Origin: an uncultured Fibrobacterota bacterium
GTDB taxonomy: Bacteria > Fibrobacterota > Chitinivibrionia > Chitinivibrionales > WJKA01
NCBI GenBank assembly: GCA_964589825.1
Contig: CAZPUS010000010.1
Location: 14,862-78,861 of the forward strand
Length of the DNA: 64,000 nt
Reading direction: 5' to 3'
The translations under genes were made by a program, and so were the position numbers. The notes beneath the pieces were generated by a model. The model was not told the DNA's origin. It saw only the letters and a program-made list of their open reading frames with translations, and searched no databases. This document shows, piece by piece, positions 26,650-35,807 of the stretch; the stretch's first letter is position 1; every line of letters begins with the position of its first letter.

Positions 26650-26692
26650 TATAAAAACAATAAAAGCACCGGTGTTGCTGCAGCAACACCGG
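26650..26692 (-). terminator. intrinsic terminator-like perfect palindrome downstream of acs
   Basis: CCGGTGTTGCTGCAGCAACACCGG (26669-26692) is a perfect 24-nt palindrome. On the minus strand it is followed by TGCTTTTATTGTTTTTAT. It sits between the acs stop (26717) and the satP start (26636). Confidence 0.6.
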
Positions 26693-26716
26693 CAATGGTA
26701 ATTAATTACTGTCGTA

Positions 26717-28711
26717 CTACGACTTCTGTCTGTCCTGAATGAGCTTTTCAACCACACTCGGATCGGCAAGTGTGGTAATGTCACCCAGGTTATCGGTCTG
26801 GTTTTCCGCGATTTTGCGAAGTATGCGCCGCATAATCTTTCCGGAACGTGTCTTTGGCAGTGACGGAGTGAACTGAATGCCTTCCGGTGTCGCAATGGGG
26901 CCGATTTCCTGACGTACATGCTTAACCAGTTCTTTCTGAAGCTCTTCGCTGCCTTCTTCCCCCCCGACCGGTGTTACATACGCATACAGCGCCTGCCCCT
27001 TTACTTCATGCGGCATTGGAACCACCGCCGCTTCGGCGACTTTGTCGTGACTTACCAGCGCGCTTTCGACTTCCGCCGTTCCGATACGGTGTCCGGACAC
27101 GTTCACGACGTCATCGATTCGTCCGAGTAACCAGTAATCTCCGTCCGAATCGACGCGGCATCCGTCTCCGGAGAAGTAAAGGTTATCGAACATGGTAAAG
27201 TACGTATCGATAAAACGATCGTGATCTCCCCATGTGGTACGCAGCATGCTCGGCCAGGGTTTACGGATACAGAGCTTTCCGCCTTCGTTGCGTTCGCATT
27301 CACTGCCGTCATCGCGCAGCACTACCGGATCGATACCAAAAAACGGTCTGTTCGCACTTCCCGGTTTAAGCGTATGTGCGCCGGGAAGTCCGGTTATAAG
27401 GATACCGCCCGTTTCGGTCTGCCACCAGGTGTCGACGATAGGACAGCGCTCATGACCGATATTTTTGTGATACCACATCCACGCTTCCGGGTTGATCGGT
27501 TCACCCACGGTACCGAGCACACGCAGGGTATCGAGAGAATACTTTTTGGGCCATTCGTCCCCGAGACGCATCAGCGCACGGATTGCAGTCGGTGCGGTAT
27601 AGAATATGGTCACCCCGAACTTGTCGCAGATATGCCACATCCGGCCTGCATCGGGATAGGTGGGTACGCCCTCGAACATCAGCGATGTGGCACCGTTTGC
27701 CAGCGGACCGTACACAATATAGCTGTGCCCGGTTATCCATCCGATATCGGCGGTGCACCAGTAGATGTCATCATCATGCAGGTCGAAGACGTATTTATGT
27801 GTAAGAGAAGTGTAGAGAAGATAGCCGGCGGTTGTATGGACCACACCCTTTGGTTTGCCGGTAGATCCGGAGGTGTAGAGAATAAACAGCGGGTCTTCCG
27901 CATTCATCTGTTCGGCTTCGCACTCTGCGGACTGACCGGCCACTTCCTCATGAAACCAGGTGTCCCGTCCGTCTTTCATTTCACAGGCTTCATCGTTCAC
28001 TTTGGCGACAATAACATTTTCGATGGTCGGCGTATTTTCAAGAGCCTTGTCGGCTATATCCTTGAGCCGTATGAATTTTCCGCCCCGACGCGACACGTTT
28101 GCGGTAATGAGCATCTTGCAGTCGGAATCGTTCACCCGTCCTGCAATCGCATCCGAGCTGAAACCACCAAAGATCACTGAATGTATCGCTCCGATACGTG
28201 CACACGCAAGCATCGCGATCGTCAATTCGCTTATCATCGGCATATAGATGGCTACCCTGTCCCCCTTCTGTATTCCTTTTGACTTGAGCACATTCGCGAA
28301 CTTGCACACTTCTTCGTGCAGCTGGCGATAGGTCAGATTCTGCACATTGTCTTCTTCTTCCCCCTGCCAGATAATCGCTTTTTTATCCGCGAGCGGACCA
28401 TCAAGATGGCGATCGAGACAGTTGTAGCAGACATTAAGTGTTCCGTCTTCGAACCAGGTGTGTGTGACGTTGCGGGACTTGGTATCCCATTCATATTCAA
28501 GGCTTTTGGAAGGCTCCTTAAACCATGACAGTGTCTTTTTGGCCTGGTCCAGCCAGAATGCTTCGGTATTGTTTACCGACTCTTCCCACATTTGCTGATA
28601 CTGGTCGAATCCGCTTATGTGAGCCCTCTTTTTCACTTCCCCGGGTGGTGGAAACTGACGTCCTTCGGTCATAAATGACGTCATCGACCCTTCCTGCGCG
28701 CGATCAGCCAT
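26717..28711 (-). CDS. acs: acetyl-CoA synthetase (AMP-forming)
   Basis: ORF 26717..28783 trimmed to ATG 28711, with AAGGAG 6 nt upstream. It has the AMP-binding motif YTSGSTGKPKG, WWQTETGG, and a C-terminal LPKTRSGKIMRR (Lys codon 26837-26839). Confidence 0.95.
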   Translation of the reverse strand: MADRAQEGSMTSFMTEGRQFPPPGEVKKRAHISGFDQYQQMWEESVNNTEAFWLDQAKKTLSWFKEPSKSLEYEWDTKSRNVTHTWFEDGTLNVCYNCLDRHLDGPLADKKAIIWQGEEEDNVQNLTYRQLHEEVCKFANVLKSKGIQKGDRVAIYMPMISELTIAMLACARIGAIHSVIFGGFSSDAIAGRVNDSDCKMLITANVSRRGGKFIRLKDIADKALENTPTIENVIVAKVNDEACEMKDGRDTWFHEEVAGQSAECEAEQMNAEDPLFILYTSGSTGKPKGVVHTTAGYLLYTSLTHKYVFDLHDDDIYWCTADIGWITGHSYIVYGPLANGATSLMFEGVPTYPDAGRMWHICDKFGVTIFYTAPTAIRALMRLGDEWPKKYSLDTLRVLGTVGEPINPEAWMWYHKNIGHERCPIVDTWWQTETGGILITGLPGAHTLKPGSANRPFFGIDPVVLRDDGSECERNEGGKLCIRKPWPSMLRTTWGDHDRFIDTYFTMFDNLYFSGDGCRVDSDGDYWLLGRIDDVVNVSGHRIGTAEVESALVSHDKVAEAAVVPMPHEVKGQALYAYVTPVGGEEGSEELQKELVKHVRQEIGPIATPEGIQFTPSLPKTRSGKIMRRILRKIAENQTDNLGDITTLADPSVVEKLIQDRQKS

Positions 28712-29329
28712 ATGAGACTCCTTGTTTTGAGATTGAGAAAAAATATTAAAAAACTCGTATACACATTTGCATATGTCAACCATTGTTACCGTGTTATAAA
28801 ATATAATGATCGCACCACAGAAGCAAGAGGTAGAACCATTTTTTCCATATTTATCATTTCAAAGCGGTATGCGGGTGCGATTACCGCATTCCATTCACGC
28901 ACCATACAATTATTACTGCTCTTCTGCAGAAGAAAACACCCCCTGTTCACCACTTGTATTTACCACGTGTCTTCATGTATTTTTATCATTCTTTTTTTAG
29001 TGATCCGCAGCCATGAAAACCAGTACACTGCAGCGCTGAAACCTTGGTGTTTCCGTGCGACAACGGACTTTTTATTTTATTATATATCAATTTTTTGCAG
29101 GGTTGTACCATTAATTCGCACCATGAGTGCGGTATACATTAATCAGCCATTACACTATGGCAGATTTGCCCGGCTGCACGCACCGGCGAAATCCCCGACC
29201 GAATTTCCGCTATTCAATACGCAGCCTTTGCAGCGAATAGTCGATGCGATATCCGCTGCACCTCCATCTGATGGAATCGAAACAGGTATCATTAATACAG
29301 AATAACCGAATTAACGAAAGTCTCCTGAT

Positions 29330-31429
29330 ATGAATTTTTCTCAACTGGTCGTGCCCTCCTCGCTGGCAGTGGTAGGAGCCTCGGCAAATCCTCAGAAGGT
29401 TGGCTACGCAATCCTGAACAACATCATTCAGGGTGGATATGAAGGCGATGTCTACGCAATCAATCCAAAAGAAAAACAAATTCTTGGCATCGATTCCTAC
29501 CCGTCACTGGAGCAGGTGCCGGGTACCATCGACTGCGCGGTAATTTCTATAAAAAAAGAGCTGGTTAAATCAATACTCCAGCAATGTGCGGCAAAAGGCG
29601 TGGCCAGCGTCATAATAATTACGGCAGGGTTCGGCGAAACCGGAAAAGAAGGGCAAAATCTTCAGAAAGAGCTTACCCGATTCTGCGAAAGCAAGAATAT
29701 TACGATGATGGGTCCCAATTGTCTCGGACTCATCAATCCCTGGCACAAGCTCAATGCCGCATTCGGACAGAAGATGAATCATGCCGGCGGCATCGGTGTC
29801 ATTTCTCAGTCCGGTGCCCTGGTCACCTCGATACAGGATTGGGCCTTTGCACAAAAAATCGGTTTTTCGATACTCGCTTCTATAGGCAACAAAGCATCTC
29901 TCGATGAAGTCGATTTTATTGTAAAACTGCGCGACGATCCCAATACCGACGTAATCGCCGCATACCTCGAAGAGATATCCAACGGTCAGCAGTTCATGCA
30001 TATCGCAGAAAAGGTAAGCAAAACAAAGCCGATCGTAATTCTAAAATCGGGTCGTACGAGCACCGGCGCCAAAGCCGCATCCTCCCATACCGGAAGTCTT
30101 GCAGGCAGCGACAATGCCTACGACTGTGCATTCGGCAGAACCGGGGTACTGCGTGTGGAATCTATCGAAGAACTTTTCGACATATCCACCGCGCTCTCGT
30201 ATATGCCGCTTCCGGAGGGAAACAATGTCGCTGTTGTTACCAATGCGGGTGGCCCTGGCATCATGATGACCGATGCGCTCGAAAGTGCTGGGCTCGATAT
30301 GGCACAACTGAAACCGGAGACAAGCAAGACGCTTTCCTCGTTCATGCCGGAGGCCGCTTCGGCAAAAAACCCGGTTGATGTGCTCGGTGATGCAGATGCA
30401 AAACGCTACGGAAATGCCATCGAAACGCTGATGAAAAGCGATGAGGTCGATGCCGTTATCGTAATTCTCACCCCGCAGCGAATGACCGAATATGCCGAAA
30501 CCGCCAATGAAATCGTACGCATGTACCGTACACACGGCAAACCCATTCTTGCCTGTTTCATGGGCTCCGATATTGTCGAGGAGGGTGTCTCGATACTCCA
30601 GAAAAACAAAATACCGCATTATCCGATCCCGGAGCGGGCTGCCCGTGCCATATACGGAATGGCCTCATATGCACATTACAAAAAGCGTCCCCTGCGCACG
30701 GTGGAGCGGTTCACCGTGAATAAAAATCCGGTAAAAAAAATGATCCGGCTCTACCGGAAAAAACAGCAATACGAAATTGGCGAAATCGATGCAAAAAACA
30801 TGCTCAGCGCGTATAATTTCGATCTTCCCCCGGGAAAACTCGTTACCAGTGTAGACGAAGCGATCAATTTTGCCGAGCAGACAGGCTACCCGCTCGCCAT
30901 GAAAATTTCAAGCCCCGACATATTGCATAAATCGGATGTGGGGGGTGTCCGTATCGGGCTCGATTCCGCTTCGGATGTGGCCGATTCGTTCGAACTGATG
31001 ATGCTGCGTGTCAAACGCGCTCGTCCGGAGGCGGAACTACAGGGTGTACTGCTTGAAAAAATGGTGTCTGCACGCCAGGAGACGATCCTCGGTATGAAAA
31101 AAGACCCCCAGTTTGGCCCCATGCTTATGTTTGGCCTCGGAGGCGTCTTCGTAGAAATACTCAAAGACGTTTCTTTCAGCCTCGCACCGATTACCGAATC
31201 GGAAGCCTACGAAATGATTAAAGGTACAAAAACCTACAAACTGCTCACCGGAGCACGTGGACAGACCGGCGTGGATATTCCGGCAATAGTCGAAAACATC
31301 CAGCGCTTCTCCCAGCTTGTTATGGATTTTTCCGAAATTGCCGAGATAGACATCAATCCACTTATGGTCGGCAATGAAGGAGAAGGTGCATACGTTGTCG
31401 ATGCCCGTTGTGTAATAGAAAAGGAGTAA
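29330..31429 (+). CDS. ADP(NDP)-forming acetyl-CoA synthetase family protein, fused alpha/beta
   Basis: 699 aa. It has an N-terminal CoA-binding Rossmann (LAVVGASANPQKVGY), a succinyl-CoA-synthetase-like middle with the phosphohistidine context (AASSHTGSLAG), and a C-terminal ATP-grasp (PLAMKISSPDILHKSDVGGV). Confidence 0.8.
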   Translation: MNFSQLVVPSSLAVVGASANPQKVGYAILNNIIQGGYEGDVYAINPKEKQILGIDSYPSLEQVPGTIDCAVISIKKELVKSILQQCAAKGVASVIIITAGFGETGKEGQNLQKELTRFCESKNITMMGPNCLGLINPWHKLNAAFGQKMNHAGGIGVISQSGALVTSIQDWAFAQKIGFSILASIGNKASLDEVDFIVKLRDDPNTDVIAAYLEEISNGQQFMHIAEKVSKTKPIVILKSGRTSTGAKAASSHTGSLAGSDNAYDCAFGRTGVLRVESIEELFDISTALSYMPLPEGNNVAVVTNAGGPGIMMTDALESAGLDMAQLKPETSKTLSSFMPEAASAKNPVDVLGDADAKRYGNAIETLMKSDEVDAVIVILTPQRMTEYAETANEIVRMYRTHGKPILACFMGSDIVEEGVSILQKNKIPHYPIPERAARAIYGMASYAHYKKRPLRTVERFTVNKNPVKKMIRLYRKKQQYEIGEIDAKNMLSAYNFDLPPGKLVTSVDEAINFAEQTGYPLAMKISSPDILHKSDVGGVRIGLDSASDVADSFELMMLRVKRARPEAELQGVLLEKMVSARQETILGMKKDPQFGPMLMFGLGGVFVEILKDVSFSLAPITESEAYEMIKGTKTYKLLTGARGQTGVDIPAIVENIQRFSQLVMDFSEIAEIDINPLMVGNEGEGAYVVDARCVIEKE

Positions 31430-31435
31430 CCGCGA

Positions 31436-33286
31436 ATGTCATCATGGAAAGAGACATACAAAAGTAAGATTCTTGCCCCGCAAAAAGCGATCAGTCTCAT
31501 ACGTCCGGGCTCCCGCATTTTTATCGGTACCGGGTGCGGCCAGCCCCAGCTTCTTGTCGATGAACTGGTAAAAAAACATCACGGCATCGAAGATGCAGAA
31601 ATCTACCATCTTCTTACCCGGGGAACCGCTCCGTACATACGCGAAGAATATGCAAAAAAATTCCGCACCTGCAGCTTCTTTCTGGCGCCTAATGTGCGTG
31701 AAGGTATCGTAAGCGGCAGAGGCGACTATATCCCGGTCGGACTTTCCGACATTCCGTCTTTGTTCAAATCGGGAAGAATACCGATCGATGTGGCGCTCAT
31801 ACAGACAAGCCCACCCGACAAAAACGGATACCTTAATCTCGGGGTATCGATCGATATCGTCAAATCGGCACTGGAAAACAGTCTTATGGTTATTGCCGAG
31901 GTCAACGAACATATGCCCCAGACGCATGGAGAAACGACCGTACGTGCCGATATGGTGGATGCAATCGTCGAAAGCGACAGAGAACTTCTGGAATACTCAC
32001 TTCCCGAACCTGATGAAACGGTCGACGCAATCGCAAAAAATGTGGCCTCGCTTATAGAAGATGGCTCCACTATCGAAGTAGGGATCGGGAGTATCCCCCA
32101 GGCGGTATTACAGTATCTTTCGGATAAAAAGGATCTCGGTATTCATACCGAAATGTTCAATGACGCCATTATGCCGCTTATCGAATCGGGGGTGATCAAC
32201 GGAAGTCGTAAAACACTCAACCGGGGTAAAATCACCGCAAGTTTCTGTCTCGGTACCCGCAAACTCTATGATTATATAGATCAGAATCAGTTATTCGATT
32301 TTCGCCCGACCGAATATGTCAACGATCCGTTCATTATCGGCCAGCACACCAGGATGGTCGCCATTAACGTGGCGATTGAAGTCGATATGACCGGCCAGGT
32401 TTGTTCCGACTCCATTGGCTATGACTTCTATTCCGGCATAGGCGGTCAGCTCGATTTCAACCGTGGTGCGAGCCGTGCCCGTGAAGGGAAAGCCATTATC
32501 GCGCTTCCCTCCACTGCAAAAAACGGAACGATTTCCCGGATAGTGCCCAAACTGAGCGACGGTGCCGGCGTGGTGGTTCCCCGTGGCGACACGCGCTATG
32601 TAGTAACCGAATACGGTGTGGCCGATCTCTTCGGCAAAAGCGTACGCGAGCGTGTACTCGCACTCGCCGAAATCGCGCATCCCGATTTTCGCAACGATAT
32701 CCTCAACGAAGCGAAAAAACGCCGCTATGTATTCGAATATCAAAAGGTGTTTCCGAATAAGGCGGCAGCCTATCCCAAGGAATACCAGACACGCCGGACC
32801 CTGTTCGACGGAACGGTGTTGTTTATCAGACCCATTAAGCCCAGTGATGACGATGCCCTTCGCGATATGTGTTACACCCTCAGCGAAAAATCGATCGCAT
32901 TTCGTTTTTTCCAGCCCATTAAGGCTTTCCCGCATAAATTCATACAGGACTTCACCCATATCGATTACAGACACGACATGGCAATCGCCGCTCTCATCAA
33001 AGATACCGGCGGAGAACGCATGATCGGTGTGGCACATTATTTTCTGAATAAATCGGGAAAACGCGCCGAAGTATCATTTCTCGTACGCGAAGACTGGCAG
33101 TCAAAAGGTATCGGCACACATCTGATGAATATTCTCGCCGATATCGCCCGCGAGCGGAGAATCGAAGGCTTTGATGCAAGCGTGCTGGCAAACAACTACC
33201 AGATGCTGACTGTTTTTTACAACTCAGGATTCGAAGTGACAACCAAACGTCATGAAGATATGTACCACATATCATTCAATATCTGA
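31436..33286 (+). CDS. acetyl-CoA hydrolase/CoA-transferase family domain fused to a C-terminal GNAT acetyltransferase
   Basis: 616 aa. Residues 1 to about 455 look like 4-hydroxybutyrate/acetate CoA-transferase (RIFIGTGCGQPQ, VGIGSIPQAV, HTEMFNDA, SGIGGQLDF). From 32804 onward it is GNAT, with the acetyl-CoA motif QSKGIG (33098-33115). It lies 6 nt after the upstream gene. Confidence 0.8.
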   Translation: MSSWKETYKSKILAPQKAISLIRPGSRIFIGTGCGQPQLLVDELVKKHHGIEDAEIYHLLTRGTAPYIREEYAKKFRTCSFFLAPNVREGIVSGRGDYIPVGLSDIPSLFKSGRIPIDVALIQTSPPDKNGYLNLGVSIDIVKSALENSLMVIAEVNEHMPQTHGETTVRADMVDAIVESDRELLEYSLPEPDETVDAIAKNVASLIEDGSTIEVGIGSIPQAVLQYLSDKKDLGIHTEMFNDAIMPLIESGVINGSRKTLNRGKITASFCLGTRKLYDYIDQNQLFDFRPTEYVNDPFIIGQHTRMVAINVAIEVDMTGQVCSDSIGYDFYSGIGGQLDFNRGASRAREGKAIIALPSTAKNGTISRIVPKLSDGAGVVVPRGDTRYVVTEYGVADLFGKSVRERVLALAEIAHPDFRNDILNEAKKRRYVFEYQKVFPNKAAAYPKEYQTRRTLFDGTVLFIRPIKPSDDDALRDMCYTLSEKSIAFRFFQPIKAFPHKFIQDFTHIDYRHDMAIAALIKDTGGERMIGVAHYFLNKSGKRAEVSFLVREDWQSKGIGTHLMNILADIARERRIEGFDASVLANNYQMLTVFYNSGFEVTTKRHEDMYHISFNI

Positions 33287-33325
33287 TCGCCGCTATTTAC
33301 CATACCTGTTTCTGTGGAGCATCTT

Positions 33326-34510
33326 ATGAGTAATGACCACACCGCCTCCTGTTTTGTGTCGACTTACGCACGAAGCGGGCCGCCATTGATCAAAGGTGAT
33401 GGCATATCTGTCTGGGACGGAGAAGGAAACCACTATCTCGACTTTGGCGCCGGCATCGCGGTTAACGCGCTGGGCCACCGTCATCCCGAGCTGACGCGCG
33501 TGCTGACCGAACAGGCAGAAAGCCTTTTGCACGTATCCAACCTGTACTACAGCAAACCTCAGCTGGAACTTGCCTGCTCACTGGTTGACAAAAGCTTCGG
33601 GCAGAAGGTGTTCTTCTGCAACAGTGGTACTGAGGCTATCGAGGCGGGAATAAAATTTTCCCGCAAGCATGCCACACAATCGACACCTGATGCTTTTCAC
33701 GTACTCTCGTTTACCGATGCCTTTCACGGCCGGACGTACGGAGCGCTCAGCGCGACACCCCAGGAAAAATTCCACACAGGGTTCGAGCCGCTGGTACCCG
33801 GTTTTCATTATGCCCCGTTTAACGACTATGCAGCGACCGAAGAACTGCTCTATCAATATCCCTTCAGTGCGATTATTATCGAGCCGCTTCAGGGAGAAGG
33901 CGGGATTAACGCCGCAGACAAACAATTTTTACAGCTGCTGCGCGATTATACGAACGCGCACGAAGAGACGGTGCTTATTTTCGACGAAATCCAATGCGGA
34001 CTGGGACGTTGCGGCTCTCTATGGTGCTATGAACACTACGGCATAGAACCCGACATGATGGCACTGGCCAAACCTCTTGGCGGCGGACTCCCGCTGGGCG
34101 CACTGGTGTGCAAAGAAGATGTTGTGTCAACCATCACGCCGGGAGATCACGGCACGACTTTTGGCGGAAATCCCGTTGCGTGCGCCCTCGGTGCTACGAT
34201 GCTCGAACTCATTGCCCAACAGAACTTTCTTTCGCATGTAACGCGCATGGGAGATATACTCTACGGCTGGCTGGAATCGATTGCCTCACGCAATGACTGC
34301 TGCTGCGACGTCCGCGGAATGGGGCTGATGTGCGGCATCCGCATGAAAGAAGATCCGGCTGCAATCATCAATGAATGTAAATCCCGCGGACTGCTCGTTA
34401 TTAAAGCGGCGCACAACACAATACGTTTTCTTCCGCCGCTGATCGTCAACGAAGAACAAATCGAAGAGGCATGCCGCATTTTTGAAGAAAGCGTTCGCAC
34501 CTGCAGCTGA
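33326..34510 (+). CDS. argD: acetylornithine aminotransferase (class III PLP aminotransferase)
   Basis: ORF from 33314 (GTG). The ATG at 33326 has GGAG 6 nt upstream. Motifs are FCNSGTEA, FDEIQCGLGRCG and DMMALAKPLGGGLPLGA (PLP lysine context). Confidence 0.85.
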   Translation: MSNDHTASCFVSTYARSGPPLIKGDGISVWDGEGNHYLDFGAGIAVNALGHRHPELTRVLTEQAESLLHVSNLYYSKPQLELACSLVDKSFGQKVFFCNSGTEAIEAGIKFSRKHATQSTPDAFHVLSFTDAFHGRTYGALSATPQEKFHTGFEPLVPGFHYAPFNDYAATEELLYQYPFSAIIIEPLQGEGGINAADKQFLQLLRDYTNAHEETVLIFDEIQCGLGRCGSLWCYEHYGIEPDMMALAKPLGGGLPLGALVCKEDVVSTITPGDHGTTFGGNPVACALGATMLELIAQQNFLSHVTRMGDILYGWLESIASRNDCCCDVRGMGLMCGIRMKEDPAAIINECKSRGLLVIKAAHNTIRFLPPLIVNEEQIEEACRIFEESVRTCS

Positions 34511-34571
34511 CCCGGACTCAGCAAAGCGAAATGTGCCTTAATTCGTACCTGTAAATAAGGATGTATGTGTA

Positions 34572-35783
34572 ATGAAAAAAGAAAAAGTCGTTCTCGCGTA
34601 TTCGGGCGGTCTTGACACATCGATAATGATTCCATGGCTTAAACACAATTATAACTGTGACGTTGTGGCCATGGCGGCCGATCTCGGTCAGGGCAAAGAG
34701 CTTGACGGGCTGGAGGAGAAAGCGAAAAACACCGGCGCCAGTGCCGTATACATACAGGACTGCAGGGAGGAGTTCCTTAGCGATTATGTCTTCCCCACCA
34801 TGAAAGCGGGTGCGATCTACGAAGACGCCTACTTGCTTGGAACCAGTTTTGCCCGGCCGCTTATTGCAAAGCATCAGGTCGATATCGCGCATAAGGAGAA
34901 CGCGACCATGGTCGCACACGGCGCAACCGGCAAAGGCAACGACCAGGTACGGTTCGAACTTGCGTATATGGCACTCGATCCATCGCTCAAGATTATAGCT
35001 CCATGGAAAGACCCGGCCTGGGATATGCACTCCCGGGAGGCATGTATCGAATATGCACACGCCCACAACATCCCGATAAGCCAGTCTAAAAAAAGAATCT
35101 ATTCCGAAGATGCAAACTGCTGGCATATCAGCCATGAAGGTGGAATTCTCGAGGACATCGGCGAAGAAGCACCCGAGGATGTCTACACAGAATCGAATAC
35201 ACTCGCCAATGCACCCGACAAACCCGAATATGTAACGATCACATTCAGAGAGGGTACTCCCGTGGCGGTCGATAAAGAATTCCTCGGCGCCTGCGAACTG
35301 CTGTCACGACTAAACAAACGTGGTGCAACACACGCCATTGGACAGGTCGACATGGTCGAAAACAGACTCGTGGGGATAAAGTCACGCGGCGTATACGAAA
35401 CCCCGGGGGGCACCATCCTTTATGCAGCGCATAAAATGCTCGAGCGTGTGGTTCTCGATCGGGACACCGCGCATTACAAGCAATCGATCGCCCGTAAATA
35501 CGCCGAACTTGTTTATAACGGCCAGTGGTTTTCCCCGCTGCGCTCGGCCCTCGATGCGTTCGTCACCTCTACACAGCAGCCGGTAAACGGTACGGTCCGC
35601 CTCAAACTCTTCAAGGGCCACTGTATACCTGCCGGCGTATGGTCGGACGACGCCCTTTACCACAAAGACCTTGCATCGTTTAGCGACACACAACTATACG
35701 ATCAGAAAGATGCCTCCGGTTTCATTCGTTTGTTCGGACTGCCCGGCAAAGTAGCTGCGCTTACCGGCCGAAAACTGCGGTGA
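34572..35783 (+). CDS. argG: argininosuccinate synthase
   Basis: 403 aa with an N-terminal VVLAYSGGLDTS ATP-pyrophosphatase motif, AHGATGKGNDQVRFE and RGVYETPGGT. Confidence 0.95.
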   Translation: MKKEKVVLAYSGGLDTSIMIPWLKHNYNCDVVAMAADLGQGKELDGLEEKAKNTGASAVYIQDCREEFLSDYVFPTMKAGAIYEDAYLLGTSFARPLIAKHQVDIAHKENATMVAHGATGKGNDQVRFELAYMALDPSLKIIAPWKDPAWDMHSREACIEYAHAHNIPISQSKKRIYSEDANCWHISHEGGILEDIGEEAPEDVYTESNTLANAPDKPEYVTITFREGTPVAVDKEFLGACELLSRLNKRGATHAIGQVDMVENRLVGIKSRGVYETPGGTILYAAHKMLERVVLDRDTAHYKQSIARKYAELVYNGQWFSPLRSALDAFVTSTQQPVNGTVRLKLFKGHCIPAGVWSDDALYHKDLASFSDTQLYDQKDASGFIRLFGLPGKVAALTGRKLR

Positions 35784-35807
35784 CCTCACCGCCTTGCGGG
35801 AGACAAC

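Noticed and set aside
27221-28180. 319-aa plus-strand ORF
   Set aside because: It lies entirely antisense to the well-supported acs gene. It is an Arg/Gly-rich shadow frame with no recognisable motifs.
28712-29305. 197-aa ORF in the acs / ADP-ACS divergent intergenic region
   Set aside because: It is AT-rich with an Ile/Phe/Arg-rich nonsense-like sequence, and it would occupy the whole promoter region of two divergent operons.
32291-33037. 248-aa minus-strand ORF
   Set aside because: It is antisense to the CoA-transferase::GNAT gene, and its composition is typical of a shadow frame. The same reasoning applies to 17930..18673, 38114..38743, 30041..30619, 60774..61343, 13822..14322 and 34518..35135.
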